A stretch of 64,000 nt of DNA from Trichodelitschia bisporula. Taxonomy: Eukaryota. The stretch lies in the NCBI GenBank assembly GCA_010356995.1, contig ML996707.1, forward strand, positions 124,001 to 188,000, written 5' to 3'. Of the stretch, positions 34,938 to 48,066 are shown in pieces (position 1 is the first letter of the stretch; the number at the start of each line of letters is the position of its first letter). The position numbers and the translations under genes are program-made. The notes beneath the pieces were generated by a model. It saw only the letters and a list, made by a program, of their open reading frames with translations, was not told the origin of the DNA and did not search any database.

Positions 34938-37360
34938 CTATCCCCAAAGCGAGCCCACGCCTTCCAATGCTTCGCGCATAACCGCCTCCACCCGACCCTT
35001 CAACACAACGCTTTTGCTCTCCACTGCCATATCCTCCAGCGACACGGTGGCCACCTGCTCGCCCATGCGGACCTCTAGACCGGGGATCGGGATGCCCATC
35101 TCCTGTAGCTTGGCGCTGCCCACACCGTCCATTACCAGCGGCCGCACGTTACCGCCGAACTGCGACTCGAGTAGCAGGAATAGGCGGTCGAGACGCTCCT
35201 GCGGGCTGCGCTCGTCGGTGCGGTGGGCAAGACACGGCTTCGCCGAGTCTGCGAGGGTCAGTCTCATGTCACGCGGGGAACGAGGGGAGGGACCAAAACT
35301 CACGTTTCACCGCTGCGGGCGTCTTCTCTGCATTGAGCAGCACGCCCAGTACAGCGTCCGCAATCCCGTCATTAAGCATGTTGCCCTCCCACTCGAGCTC
35401 GACTTCTCGCCCTGCCATCGTGACAGTCACACACCCGAGCACCACGAAGCGTGCACGCGGAATCTCCTCATCTGCGTCTTCCTTCTTCACGCTGCCGTTG
35501 CTCTCCGCCTTCTCCTCATCGACATTTCCGAAGCTCGCCCGCAACGCCCAGCGGATGAGGTCGACACCGGCACCGCGTAGCGCCATGTGCTGCCGACAAA
35601 TAACCGTCGTGGTCGTCAGGCCGGCGTACTCGCGCAGGTCCTCCGGCGCCATTAGGCTGAGCTTGAACTCGTTCTGCACGAGCACTCCGCTGAGAATCTG
35701 CTGCTCCTTGACATGTGATGGTAGTGCAGGGTGGACTTGTGCAAGTTTGCCGACCACCTTGGCCATCTTGTCAGTGCGGAAGGGGATGCGCAGCTCCTCA
35801 CAGTTGGCAGGGCTGTAGACCTTGACAGGCTGCGACTTGTTCGCGTTCAGCGAGAGCAGTTTCGACTTGAAGCGCGTCATCTGCTGGCGTGCGCCGTGCA
35901 CGAGAATCACGACGGCGGCACCCACCTCCTCCACGAACTCCTTGTTTTGCTGCCCGTCAACATGGGCCGCGAACGAATACTCCTGCACGCTGCACCGACG
36001 CGGGATCTGTGCGTCGTCGTCGCGAAGCCCGCGGCGCATATTTCCGCGCGTCATGACGGCATTGATGTGGTCCGGCTCGTTCAGAATCATCTGCGCCATA
36101 GTGCCCTCAACACTGTAACCCGTGACGACGACACCGTTCCGTGAGTCCGGTGCCCACCTCTCCAGTAGCTCGCGGCTCGCGCCGTTCTGCATCATACCCG
36201 GCGTCGCAAGCATCACGCACCCGCCCACATCTTCAAACCGCTCGAGACTGCGCAGCGAGCGCACAAAACGAAAGTCCCACGGGCCGGCAGTTTTCGCGAC
36301 CTCACCGTTGGCCTCAGCCTCGGCCATGCGCTCGCGGAAAAGCCGCTTGATGTTGTCGTTCATCGCGCTGATATATGTCTGGTAAACGACCATGCACTTG
36401 CGGGCAAGGTTACTGGCGTAGTAGATAGGTATTTGGTGGTACTTGGGGTGCCGGCTCCAGTACTCGTCGAGGATGAGAAGCAGCTCCTGTGCTGTGCCGA
36501 GTGCGAAGACTGGCATCAGCACGCGTCCGCCGCGGTCGAGAATGCCAGTCACGGCCTTCATCAGTGCTGCTTCACGCTCCGGCCGCGGGACGTGGAGGGC
36601 TGTCCCGAATGTGCTCTCGCAGATGAGGACGTCGATCTTCAGACCTTTGGGGATTGTGGCGGACACCAGATGCCGGTCCTCCTCGCGAGAGTAGTCTCCA
36701 GTGAACAATATGCTAAGGCCGGCAATCTCAATGACAAACATGGCGGCACCCAGCACGTGTCCGGCCGGGTAGGGTGTGATGCGGATGGACGAGACAGTGT
36801 GCGTAGTGTAGTAATCGATTGCCTCAATCAGTGGGAAGGTAGACAGGTGGTCTGTCTCCGAGTAGAGAGCTGTACGCTGTTCGGCCGATGACGTTAAATT
36901 CCTGATGATTCAGCCATGTTCCCTTCGTGCATGAAATACCCACCCTACGCGGACGCTGTCCTGTATCAGCCACTTATAGATGGCCTTTGTCGGATGCGTC
37001 ATGAACACCCGGCCCTTGAAATTTGTCTTCGCGAGCACATACGGCAGCGATGCAGCATGGTCGACGTGGAAATGGCTGATCAATAGCACGTCTACGGTGC
37101 TGAGGTCGAAGTCGTCGTAGAACGGCAACGCGGCGAGGCCGTCGTATGCGGGGTGCATGCCGGCGTCGAGCTGGAGCGTTAGCAAAGCCCATTCTCATTA
37201 CCGGAGTTCCTACCATGACCGTCTTGCCCTTGTACTGCACAATGTGACATGACCGGCCGACCTCATTCCCACCGCCGAGACACAGGAACATGAGCTCGTC
37301 GGCCGGGTCGACGGGGTCATCGTCGCCGTTGAGGTCGGCGTGCTTGCGTTTGGCGGCCAT
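34938..37360 (-). CDS. YSH1: mRNA 3'-end processing endonuclease (CPSF73); introns 37171-37213, 36902-36943, 35249-35303
   Basis: [26 protein letters not shown] (HxHxDH), [20 protein letters not shown], beta-[32 protein letters not shown]. Confidence 0.96.
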
Positions 37361-37637
37361 GGTAGCACGCAAGTATAGGGGAGTGAAAAGGTCACGGGCG
37401 AGGAATGAGAACGAGGGGTGTAGACTGGCGATGCTGTGGGAGGTGGGTATGTAGACCTCAAAGGACGCGAATGGTGTAGGGTTGGGGTTGCAGACGCCAC
37501 AACCGTTACTGTGGCGCATGTTCCGCCGATCTGCACCGCCACATGCTTGGCATGGGTTGAATCTCGAGATGCAAGTATCAAACGTCCACGAACATCAGTT
37601 GACAGGTAGTGCAATTCAAAAAGCAAAAGAAATAAGG

Positions 37638-37725
37638 CGGCACTTGCAAGATTCGAACCGCGGAGCTTTCACCTACATCTCATCCGAAGTCTAGCCCGCC
37701 GGCCGTGATCCTCTCGATTATACCC
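37638..37725 (-). pseudogene. Degenerate tRNA-like relic (Ser-type, long variable arm)
   Basis: B-box CGCGGTTCGAATCTTGC, then AAGTGCCG and a T-rich tract; weak A-box TAATCGAGAGG. Acceptor and T stems do not pair properly. Confidence 0.3.
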
Positions 37726-39395
37726 TGTAGAAGGCTTCAAAGGACCATTACTCTAAAGGAGCAAAAAGTTCACCGTATGACGAGGTAAACTCGCCTGGTT
37801 ATGAAACCCTCCAGCTCCCACGGCCTCCCACTGGTGGTGTTTCGTGGTAGGGCTTGTGCAACGGACGCAGATACCACAATCGCGGAGTAGCAAGATCGTC
37901 ACCTTACCACTGCGCTAGGAATCCCTGCTCCCCCCTGGCCGTATAGTACTATGGGGAAGTTTGCGGTAAAGTAACTTATATAAGAGACTCTGTACATTGA
38001 CCTATCTGCACCGCACGCACAGTCCATTCGTTTCTCTTGCGCAATCAGACGATGGCGACCTCCACACACCAAGCTCCGGACGAAACATTCTCAGATGTCG
38101 CCGCACCACACAACCTCTGCGCAGGTCTAAGAACACAACCCTTTTGCAGCCACGTCCTCGTCGACGGCTAGTGTGCTACCAGCCACCCTCATCGTCTCGG
38201 CCAACTTAGCCATTCAGCTGTGATGTGGAATCCCACGCGTCCGTCAGCCGTATATCTTGAGGTCCGAGACATGATATCGGCTATGATATTGGCTTGAAGG
38301 CAACAGAACGCCAGCGATCTGTGCCTGCGCCAGAGTCCTATTCTCCCATCAGTCACCCGCAGCCACTCCTATCATGGGGTTTCAACGCGCCCGGGCAGCC
38401 AGCACTTCGAAACCTGCTCGTCCGTCCAAGCCTCCAAGCGAGCTCCTGGGATTGGCCTCAAGCCAATGCAGCAACAAAGGCTGGCATAAGGCTATTCGGG
38501 CCTGATACTGTGATCAACTTCGTGTCTGAATTGTTCAAGCAGCGAACAGAAGAACCAGGCCTTCGAGAGGCCTCGAAAGGCGGGAGGAAGCATCGACTGA
38601 GGTCGGTGATGACCGAAGTTAGAGCATGCGGTTGGCTTGCGGGGTCAGTACCCTTGTACCGTACCAGGGCCAGGAAGCTGCCACCTTCCGCATCGTAACC
38701 ACGTAGTAACCACGTAGCCTACTGTCTGTAGTTCAATCCCAACCGAAACTTCCCATCATCTGCGTACTCCGTACGTTCACGTCACCACTTCATATTCGCG
38801 ATCAATTCCTATCTCGTCAGCCAACCCGATCCCAATCGATGGGTTCTCCCAGCCAGAATCATGCAAGGCCCACCAATCCGCACAGTCCACCATGACGCCT
38901 CCAGATAAGCTCCCCGCGCAGGGATGCCTGCAGCGAGCCGCGCCCGCCACGGAAACAGATAAGCTCGCCACGATGGCGGTCGTTGGTTGGATTACGCAGC
39001 GCCCAGAGCGAGATTAGCTCAGGCGTACCGTGCTGGGCTGCGAGGAGGAGGGGATTAAAGAGCGCGCGGTACCTGCAACTGCAGGCGTCGTGGTTCGTAC
39101 TTCCTCGTTTTTACGTTTACTACTTTACTAACTTCTCGAAGCAAGTTCACGGCAGCACTGTATTCGGAGGAAGAGGCTTGCCCGCCATGGAGTCATTACG
39201 TGTGCATTACATTAAGTGTCCACCGCTTTTGCCATAAGAGTTCAACCGAAAAGACCGAACCTCCCACTGCAGGTATCTTGCGCCGAACTCCGTTTGTAAC
39301 GTCTTCACCGGAAGCCGCCATAGCCGTCCCTCACATAATGCCGGATACAAAGGAAACCGTACGCCCTCAGAAGACATAAGAAACGTTGAATGCGA

Positions 39396-42047
39396 CTACC
39401 ACAGCCGCTTTTTCTCCTGCTTCTTTTCCTTGTCTCCGTCGTTACCTTGGACCTCCTTCTCGGTGAGGAATGAGTCGAACGTGATGTCCTTGTTGACCGG
39501 TACAGCAGAGCTGCGCGGCCGGCGACCCCGAATCATGACGCTGCCACGCTCAGCCGGCATCATGTCGAGGAGATCACTACCAATGGAGTTACGAGACACA
39601 GTGCGCAACCCCGAAGACGGCAGAGGGAGACCCGTACCACTCGTGTTGTACGAGTCCGGAGTGCACATACCACTCTCAACGAAATCCGGGCTAGCCGACC
39701 GCGACCCCTCGCTCTCGAGGCTGTCATGGTCGACCCCAAAATCGAAGCCGCCAGGCGGGGCAGGCAGCGGCAGCGGCGTTGGGTTCATGATCTCGTTGGC
39801 TGCGGCGCTCATGACTACGGAAGACTGGCTCCATTCACGGCTCCGAAGAAATGCATGGCTGCGCCAGTAGAGATCCAAGATCCCAGGACCGTAAGCCGCA
39901 TCATCGAGCGGAAGTTGCGTCTGCGCCTTCAAGCGGGCACGCCACCAGTCTGGACCATTATCCTCCCAGGCGCGCGCCCAGGGAACCCCGGCGCGAGGGC
40001 CTTCGCACAGAAAGTGCTCAACGCCAGTTGTGTACTTCAGAGCCGGAACATCGATGACCACGAGAGGAAGAGTCTGGAGCACTGCGTACATGAAAATCCA
40101 GTGTCCCGCCCGCTGCTGGCGGATCCGCGCGACCGAATGGCCGGATGCCTGCTTGATTTCGAACGTACGAAAAGCTTCGATGAAGGGAGTGGAAACCACG
40201 CCCTCATTCTCCGCAGTTTTAAGCACTTCTGTCACCTCGGCCTTGCGCAGCTTGTCACTGTGGGTTTTGGCCTTTCCGGTGGGATTTTTCAGCAGACTGA
40301 GCTCTGGAGTGCGAGGAATGTCGAAGGGGATTGGAGGTTTGACCGGTGGCGTACTCCGATCAAACTCCCCCAGGACCTTGCGAAGAGCGTACCAAAATAA
40401 CGCGTGAATATTATCGGGCGTCTCAAGCTCCTCAAGAATCTGAGCATCACTCCGCGTCGTCAGGGCAGTTGGATCCGCCAGGAGATCGTACAGGCCACAC
40501 ATGTCCCGGTAAAGGTCTTTGAGCACGATCCGGTTCAGACCGCCGGTGCGCAAGTTGTGTTTCTTTGAATTGGCTTTCGGAGGCCATGCGCCGTACTTGT
40601 GGCGCAAGTACGAAAGGGTAAACTTCCTCATCTCGTTGAAGGAATTACGCCACTCGTCGAACTTGGCTGCCTTGCGCTCCTCCGCCGTCCGCGAATTCAT
40701 GATCCCACTGAAGATCTCAGGGAAGTCGAACTCTTGGAGCTTCCCGCGAACTGTCTCACGGCGCTGTTGGACATTGATAGCCGCGCGCTCGAGGCGCTCC
40801 TGCGTATTGGTGCTCATCCAACGAAATGCGTGGCTGTGGCAAACTGCCGCATACTGACCGATGCCGTGCGAGAAGGCTTCATGATAGAGTGGGATGTACC
40901 GCATCTTCTCGGCGATTACGATGCTCTCGGCACATTTGTCCGGGTCAAAGCGGACATCATCCAGCCGGAACTGCTCAACGCACGCCTCGAAACGGGAGGC
41001 CACCAGCTCGCCGAACGTCACACCGTCTTGGGCGTCGAATCCAAACATAGCAAGTAATTCACCGACTTGCATGAAGACGTGGTAGGGGTTGTGCCGCAGC
41101 TTGCTCGCGACGAGAGGCAGACCGGCCAGGAATGCGAACAGGTTTCTCATCCCAATCAGGAGGTCGATATCGTGGTCCGTCAGATCGTCGGATGTGGCAT
41201 TGGCACGCGCATCGCTGCTCAATGGAACCGGAAGATACAGCGTCGACCGCACATCGCCGCCATCCTCGTCGGTAGATGTGAAACGCGGACCGTATCCCGC
41301 GCCCATGTACATGCTCATCGACCGAACCTCCCGCTCGTGGATTGTCTGCCGCCGAAACATCTCCTGGAGGTCGGCCGTGGACTGGGTCGCGGACGGACCA
41401 ACAATTGCGCGACGCGTCATCAGATCGACAAGAGTCTGGCTCTCTGCTAGCATCGTCGAGTTGATGCAAAATGAAGCACCTTTCTTGGACGTCTTTGAAA
41501 AGCAGTAGATGACCGCATCACCATCGGCCATCCAGAGCTCGGGAACATGTTCGCCATTCAGCAGCGGAGTCAGATCGTACTTGTTGCGTAACCCAGACGT
41601 ATCCATGGTCCAGGCAATAGGAGATGGAAGCAATGGCTCTTTCTCCTTCGGGGTGGTTGTCTTTGACGAGAACCAGCTCTTGCGCTGGATCTTCCCGGAT
41701 GTGGTCCGACCTGGCACTGGAAGGCTGTTCATATGTTGCGGCGCACTGGGCATCCCATTCAATCCAGGGGAGGTTGCAGCGGATGCTTGCGAGCTAGCCG
41801 GACGCGACTCGGGAGGCGAATCACCAAGCAGATTGACGACGCTGCGCGATGCGCGGATGACTGGAGATGCGCGCGGGGGCCCCTGCTCGCTGACGGAGCG
41901 CAGTGTGGCATTGTTTGTCGGCATTACGGGAATGCCATCTTCGACCATCAAGGTGCGGGGCACTGGAGGTGCCGTGATCGTAAGGTCTGGCGTTGACGAC
42001 GAGTACATGGGCGACAAGCGCGTGAGGCGCTTGCGTCCGAATCCCAT
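39396..42047 (-). CDS. Conserved fungal hypothetical protein (about 883 aa; DUF8004-like core), start MGFGRKRL
   Basis: Long intronless ORF; ELW..DGD..IY, RNLFAFL...PLV, EAFSHGIG, RLERA, YGAWPP, WIFMYAVLQTLP core flanked by disordered Ser/Pro tails. Confidence 0.8.
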   Translation of the reverse strand: MGFGRKRLTRLSPMYSSSTPDLTITAPPVPRTLMVEDGIPVMPTNNATLRSVSEQGPPRASPVIRASRSVVNLLGDSPPESRPASSQASAATSPGLNGMPSAPQHMNSLPVPGRTTSGKIQRKSWFSSKTTTPKEKEPLLPSPIAWTMDTSGLRNKYDLTPLLNGEHVPELWMADGDAVIYCFSKTSKKGASFCINSTMLAESQTLVDLMTRRAIVGPSATQSTADLQEMFRRQTIHEREVRSMSMYMGAGYGPRFTSTDEDGGDVRSTLYLPVPLSSDARANATSDDLTDHDIDLLIGMRNLFAFLAGLPLVASKLRHNPYHVFMQVGELLAMFGFDAQDGVTFGELVASRFEACVEQFRLDDVRFDPDKCAESIVIAEKMRYIPLYHEAFSHGIGQYAAVCHSHAFRWMSTNTQERLERAAINVQQRRETVRGKLQEFDFPEIFSGIMNSRTAEERKAAKFDEWRNSFNEMRKFTLSYLRHKYGAWPPKANSKKHNLRTGGLNRIVLKDLYRDMCGLYDLLADPTALTTRSDAQILEELETPDNIHALFWYALRKVLGEFDRSTPPVKPPIPFDIPRTPELSLLKNPTGKAKTHSDKLRKAEVTEVLKTAENEGVVSTPFIEAFRTFEIKQASGHSVARIRQQRAGHWIFMYAVLQTLPLVVIDVPALKYTTGVEHFLCEGPRAGVPWARAWEDNGPDWWRARLKAQTQLPLDDAAYGPGILDLYWRSHAFLRSREWSQSSVVMSAAANEIMNPTPLPLPAPPGGFDFGVDHDSLESEGSRSASPDFVESGMCTPDSYNTSGTGLPLPSSGLRTVSRNSIGSDLLDMMPAERGSVMIRGRRPRSSAVPVNKDITFDSFLTEKEVQGNDGDKEKKQEKKRLW

Positions 42048-43437
42048 GATGGAAGATTGCTGTTGTGCAAATGTGGTTGCCGAGATGGTGATTTGTCGAG
42101 GTTTGGGTAGGGGGGTCGCAATGGCCACGCAGTGCCTTTGCGGAACTTTTCGTGGGGTCCTGAGCAACAAATCGTGCAGAAATGGGGGTTGGGGAGAGGG
42201 GAGAGGGTGGGGCGGGGTTGAAGAGGAGCAAAAGTTGGTGAGCTCTCGCTGGCGGCAAAGAAATGGCGCGAAGTCGCGGAGTCTAGTATCTCCGGGCCAA
42301 GAGGGGCAGACCGCCGTGTCCGCCAGCACCGCCGCTGCCAGCAGTTTTTTTGGTTGCTCACGGCAAGAATTTCACGGGCGGTAGGGCTGCAGGGCGACAC
42401 TGGAGGACTCGACTCGACGCAGCTCGTGGGAGTTGAGAGGCGTGGCCGAAGCGTGTGGAACGGAGGGTCCAACAGCCAGGTCCCAGAATAGATGCAAGGG
42501 AGCGTGGCTTGGAGGGATGGAAGGGGGAGGGGTGTGGTGGTGCAGTGCGACAATGGCTAGCGAGCGGTGAATGGAGTGAATGATTGGAAGGCTGGCCTCT
42601 GTTCAGACAAGAAGTCCAGAATATCCAGGTAGTCGTCGTCTGAAGAGAAGATGAAGTCAGAGCAAAAAAAGATGGCATAGAATCTCATCAAGCAAACGCG
42701 CGAACGAAACGAAAAGATGACCCCCCCCATGCCAGCCGCTAATCCTCACCATAAAATGCTCAGCCGCCATGACGTGTTTGGTCCGGGATGGAGGCCAAGG
42801 GACGGGCTTGAAGTGGAGCACTTGAGCCTCCGACGCCCCGCCGCGCCCCATGCACCCTTCGATTTCCGCGGGTCCCGCCGTTCAGGGGTGGCGTTTTTGA
42901 ATAGCAAAATGGAGAGCAAGTGGGAGCAGCAATGCGACGCAGCCTCGCTGACTGCAATTGTATTGAACTAACTGTGCTCACGCTCACTACATCCGTAGTT
43001 CTAAAGTCCAGCCGCCACTCCATATGTAGTATTTCATCAGAATTGTGGCAGTGAACCGTCAGACGTTGCGCCCCCTCTTCCTCCCCCGGCTTGATCGCCC
43101 GAGGGAGGCAAATACCCATGCACGCCATGCTCCATGCCCAGTCTCGGCGGGAGATCGACACCATGACATACCCTGGCGGGTATCGTTCGTACCCGCCAAC
43201 GGAAAGACGTGCAGGCTCGGCAACAGCATCGCTTGCACCGATTATCTTGAGCCTTTGGTCCGGATATCCGATTCACGGGCATCTCCGCGCGGCTTCCTGC
43301 TGCCTGAATTACGGTATATCGCTTCATCGTCAACCGGGCCGTTCACTCAGCTCCTGCTCTCGAGTCAACGTTCCGCAGACCGCATCCTCCCTACGGACAC
43401 CCCTCCGCACCCCGCTGATTCGCCGCCCACACCCGCC

Positions 43438-45021
43438 ATGCCTCCTATCAACCTCCTCAGAGGTGAGTCCCCGTCCCCATCCCCCAAAACCCCAAACCCA
43501 CCCTCCCAGGCTGGCCCCACCCCTCCCTCCTCCCAACCCCGCACATCCGCGCCGCCTCCGCCGCAGTCCTCTTCTCTCCCTCATCCGCACCCACCCTCCT
43601 CTACGGCCCCGACGAAGGCCACCCCGCGCTGCTCTCCGCCCTATCGCGCTGGCTAACCACGTCGTACGCGCCGCCCGCGCCTGTCGCGGTAAACCGACTC
43701 GCCGTGACGGGCGGCGCGTCGCAGAGCCTTGGCTGTATCTTGCAGGCTGTGACCGACCCTGTCTACACGCGGGGTGTTTGGTGTATCGTGCCGGCATACA
43801 TGCTCGCGTTTCCCATCTTCGCGGACGCGGGCTTCGCGGGGAAAATGCGCGGTGTGCCCGAGGATGACGAGGGCGTGGACATCGGCTTCCTGCGCAAGGC
43901 GATGCAGGAGTGCGAGCGTAGCGGGGATATTAAGGAGGAAACACCCGAGACCGTGAGTTGCCCAGCAACGCTAGCTCGCGCGCCGGTGTTACACTTCCAC
44001 GATGGGACCAGCACGGTACCTTGGTTACTTCGCCGCTAACGCCGGCAGCGCCTGAAGCCGGGCGCGGCTAAAATATACCGGCATGTTGTTTACGCCGTGC
44101 CGGCGTTTGCTAATCCCTCGGCTAAGACTATGAGCGGACGCCGGCGCGAGGAGCTCATCCGCTTGGCACGTGAGTTCGATGCGCTTGTTGTTGCGGACGA
44201 TGTGTATGACCATTTGCGGTGGCCACCTGTGCCCGGTGGGCGGGTGCCGGCGCCGCGGGCGCGGGTCGTGGATGTGGATCGGGATTTGGAGGGGGGGGCG
44301 GAGAGGGAGGGTGCGGATGGGTTTGGGAATGCACTGAGTAATGGGAGTTTTAGTAAGATTTGTGCGCCGGGGGTGAGGACGGGGTGGGTTGAGGGTATGT
44401 GTTCCTTGGTGTGGGGTTGGGGTACAGATACTTGGATGAGCTAACTGTCGTAGGCACTCCTAAGCTCGCTTATGCCATCTCGCAGACGTGAGCATGCATC
44501 TATTTTTGACTCGTCTTGTCTAATTGCTCAGAGGAACGACGCGCTCTGGCGGCGCGGCGTCGCAACTTGCTGCTGCGTTTATGGCCCATATGCTCGATAC
44601 GGGCGTGCTACAAGATCATATCACCAACGTGCTGCAGCCGGCGTACGCAGCGCGGCAGCGCATCTTGCTAGACGCGGTGGAAACATATCTGGTGCCGTTA
44701 GGGGGGCGGGTGGACGGGCTGGATGAGGAAGTGCGCGGTGGGTACTTTGTATGGGTGCATCTGCCTAAGGGAGTAAGTGCTGTGGCGTTGGCTGCGCGGG
44801 TTAAGGAGGAGGTTATTGTTGCGCCCGGAGCGATGTTTGAGGTTCCTGGTGATGGCGTTGTGAGGTTTCCGGAGGATTTGAGGCTGTGCTTTGCGTGGGA
44901 GGAGGTTGATGGCCTTGCGGAGGGGGTGAGGAGGTTGGCGGTGGGGTTGAGGGGAATGATGGCGGAGGGGGAGGGGGATGGGGACATGGCGAAGGGGGTG
45001 GAATGGGGGAAGTTCGCTTAG
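43438..45021 (+). CDS. PLP-dependent aminotransferase class I/II (YER152C-like); introns 43463-43509, 43953-44048, 44395-44453, 44488-44531
   Basis: INLLRG|WP, LLYGPDEG, VTGGASQ, YAVPAFANPS, ADDVYD, NGSFSKICAPGVRTGW (PLP lysine), GGYFVW, LRLCFAWE. Confidence 0.92.
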
Positions 45022-45800
45022 GCTTTACCGTGCTTCGAGTATACGATCATACGATACAGGCGACCGTCAAAGGATATGGCCATGATAGCAACATTGGGGA
45101 TGCTTGCTCCTCACTCCTGGATTCCATACATATATTCATGCATTCGACGCCCGAGGCTCCTCTCAGGCCATCCTTTTTCGCCGATAAGCATTGCTCGTCG
45201 ACCATAATTTACTATCACATCCTGTCTATGCACTGGGATCCTAGGGACTCTTCTGCCTCGTATTCCACTTGACCGGTGTTCACAGGCATCGAATGATGGC
45301 TTCATGACACCACCTTTCTAATTTACAGCCTCAACGCCAACTTCCTTCAGGAAGCAAAGGCGGCGCCACCACTTATCGGAAGAAGCTCCTTGATTATCGG
45401 GAGGAAGAGGAGAACCAAGTGGCTTCGAATAGCCAATGCACTGCTCCGTTGGGATCACAGCGGCGGACGTTAGTCCGAGAGCCTGGGGAGGCTTCTCCCT
45501 TGAAGCTAAATGATAATATCACTGCTCGGAGTTTTAACTTCGGTGGTGCCAGGTTTATATCGGAATCCGGAGGTGGTTCGCTCTCCGCATCCGCGGATGT
45601 GGCAGAAGGCTGAACTAAAAGTCGCTACCCGACTCCCTGCAAGACCCCGCCCTTCAAAAGGCAACAACTTCTAAACACCCAACCCAAGCCCGCCCCATTC
45701 CGTCATCACCAGATAGCGCCCCAATGCCACCAGCACCGCCGCGATATCGCCCCCCCTCCACCACACCTCCAACCCACTCACCCATCCCCAACCCCTCACC

Positions 45801-46638
45801 ATGGAAGCCTGCTGCACCTGCGCTAGCCTCCTCTCCTCCATCCCACCAATCTACAACGGAAAAACGGAAAAACCAGCCCGCTTCGAGCGCCGCCTCCCCT
45901 GCTGCGCCCGCGCCATCTGCGCCAGATGCATCGCCGATAACCCGCGCTTCGAGGCGTATTGTCCGTACTGCCAGACTGCGGACTGGTCCTCGGTGCTGCA
46001 GTCTGGGTTCCATGATCCGCCCGCTTATGAGGCTGTTGAGACTGCGGCGAAGCGGGATCTGGATGAGTTGAGTGACGAGCCGCCGCCGTATACTGGGGAC
46101 GGCGCAGGGGCGGGTACGGCGGATACGAAGCAGGCGGGCCCGGGGGAGGATGTGTTGCATTTTGTCGACCCGGCGATGGACTCGGTGCAGGCGCTGTCGC
46201 TGCGGTATGGCGTCCCGGCGCGGGAGTTAAGGCGGAAGAACGCAGTCTACTCGGATCACCTGCTTGCAGCGCGGCGGACGATTCTGATACCGGGGGAATA
46301 CTACCAAGGGCCGAGTTTGAGCTCGCGACCGATTGAGGGTGAAGAGGAGGAGGTGCGCAAAGGGAAGGTGAGGAAGTGGATGGTGGCGTGCAAGGTGCCC
46401 GAGTGAGTCTACTAGTTGGGATATCGTTTGTTTACTGATCTGTGCTAGCTACGACATTGCTCTTCTATACCTCAAACAGGCGGACTACGATCTCGAGATC
46501 GCTGTTGAAGCATTTAAGTCGGATGAAGCTTGGGAGAAAGAGCACCCTCTTCAATCCTCGGGCAAGCAACGCGCCCGCGAGTCCAACGGTCGGCGAAGAT
46601 CTCGGCTCGGCGGCGGCCTGATAGGCCAGTTACAATGA
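45801..46638 (+). CDS. Intracellular LysM protein with N-terminal RING-like Cys cluster and C-terminal UBA-like helices; intron 46403-46448
   Basis: CCTC..CC..IC.RC..CPYC; LHFVDP.MDSVQALSLRYGV...LRRKN (LysM); D|YDIALLYL.QADYDLE.AVEAF..DE.WE; no signal peptide. Confidence 0.88.
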
Positions 46639-48066
46639 GGCCACTAGCTCTGCATGTTCCGCCGCTCGGCGCACGGTTGTCCGTGCCGAACTGCCATAAA
46701 GTCGGCCTCTTCCTGTGAATCTGAGGTTGTATTGTCTCGGCCCCGAGAAGCATGAGGCATTGAGGATCTATTAGCCAGCGCATAATGCTAATATCAACCT
46801 CTCTAACTGCAAGTCATAGGCTCGGAACAAGAACGGTGTAGAAGCATACCTCACATAGCGACGAAGTCCTTCTCTGCCGTTGTCTCTCACTTCGTGGGAG
46901 AAAGCCGTAGACAAGGACTTTGTCTCTATGTGTGGCATATTTCTACACTGTCCTTGTTCCGGGCCCTACGGTATGATTTTGCGGACCGAAGCAATTCTAC
47001 CCAGATCCACAGCAACATGTCATAAGTCCGAGAGCTTCTCATATGAGCACCACCTCAACACAACTGCTGCAACGCCCTTTGCGCTCCGAACTCCACCCGA
47101 ACCGCCTCCAACCCGAGATGATATGCCCCGCAAAGATGGCGGTGGCTAGCTATCGCTATCAGCGGGTGGCGCTCCTTTTTCTCTGCATTCCGCGTTACGC
47201 TTGCACCCTGGTGTCTCGGCCGCAGTGCGTGCAGTTCGTGCCTAAACTCACTACCAACGTCGATGTAGCCGCTACGAGTGTCTATGTTACTAAATCTGCG
47301 GGCTTGGTTTTACCTTCATCAAGATACCTATGCTTTTCGACGCATTCTTTCCGTTGAATTTGATCGTGGTCCATTGTGATGCTGCGCCGACCGCATTTCT
47401 AGATCACATTTTAGTTCCTTGGATCCGAATGCCGCACCTGAAAGTTCATCCGAATTGGTGAACTAGATCACAAATCCCATCTCCACCAATTCCCCCACAA
47501 CCAACCGCACCGAAGCATATTTTCTTTCGACACTCTCCGCAACCAAAGAGCGTCGTCGATTGCCAGTCTTGGCATCTATAAGCGCTCGGGATCGCGCGCA
47601 ACCAATCAGAACCGCCGGGTTCCCCCGCAGCCTTCCCGCATCCCAGCAAGTGACAACTCGGCTCCAACCCCACGCCAACAATTGGCCGCGCCGCATGCTT
47701 GAAACTCCCTCTCTAAGAAAGTGCATAACCGCCGCCGTCGCAACCGCTGCTATCCTGCCAGGGACAAGGCAAAGGCCTACCGCACCGCACACCACAACAA
47801 CGGTCCCGTAAGCGCGGCCGGTATTGGCGGCCGCGGCGATTCGTCGGTGCCTAGGTCGGCGCGAGGAAGGCGCCGGCTGCGCAAGGTCGGCGTTGGTGGT
47901 TGGATGTGGGGAAGAATGATATTAAAGGTGACTTGTTTCCGTTTCTCGGAGTGACGGGTATTCATCTTCATCGAAACCGCCTCCCGCCTTCCGCTCGTTT
48001 GGTTTCTTGTCTCAGCCTTATTTTCGTGATTTATATTCTTTGACGCGGGTCGTCATCTGAGCAAAT

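Noticed and set aside
37977..38700. TATA box plus short ATG ORF and a 134-aa ORF
   Set aside because: Could not be joined into a credible gene and has no recognisable motif; may be a relic.
42048..42329. N-terminal extension of the 977-aa ORF
   Set aside because: Begins at a non-ATG codon in a pyrimidine-rich leader; the first ATG is at 42047.
41509..42384. 291-aa + strand ORF and other long antisense ORFs (e.g. 28482-29189, 15095-15670, 35333-35818)
   Set aside because: Shadow frames of real GC-rich genes on the opposite strand; no motifs.
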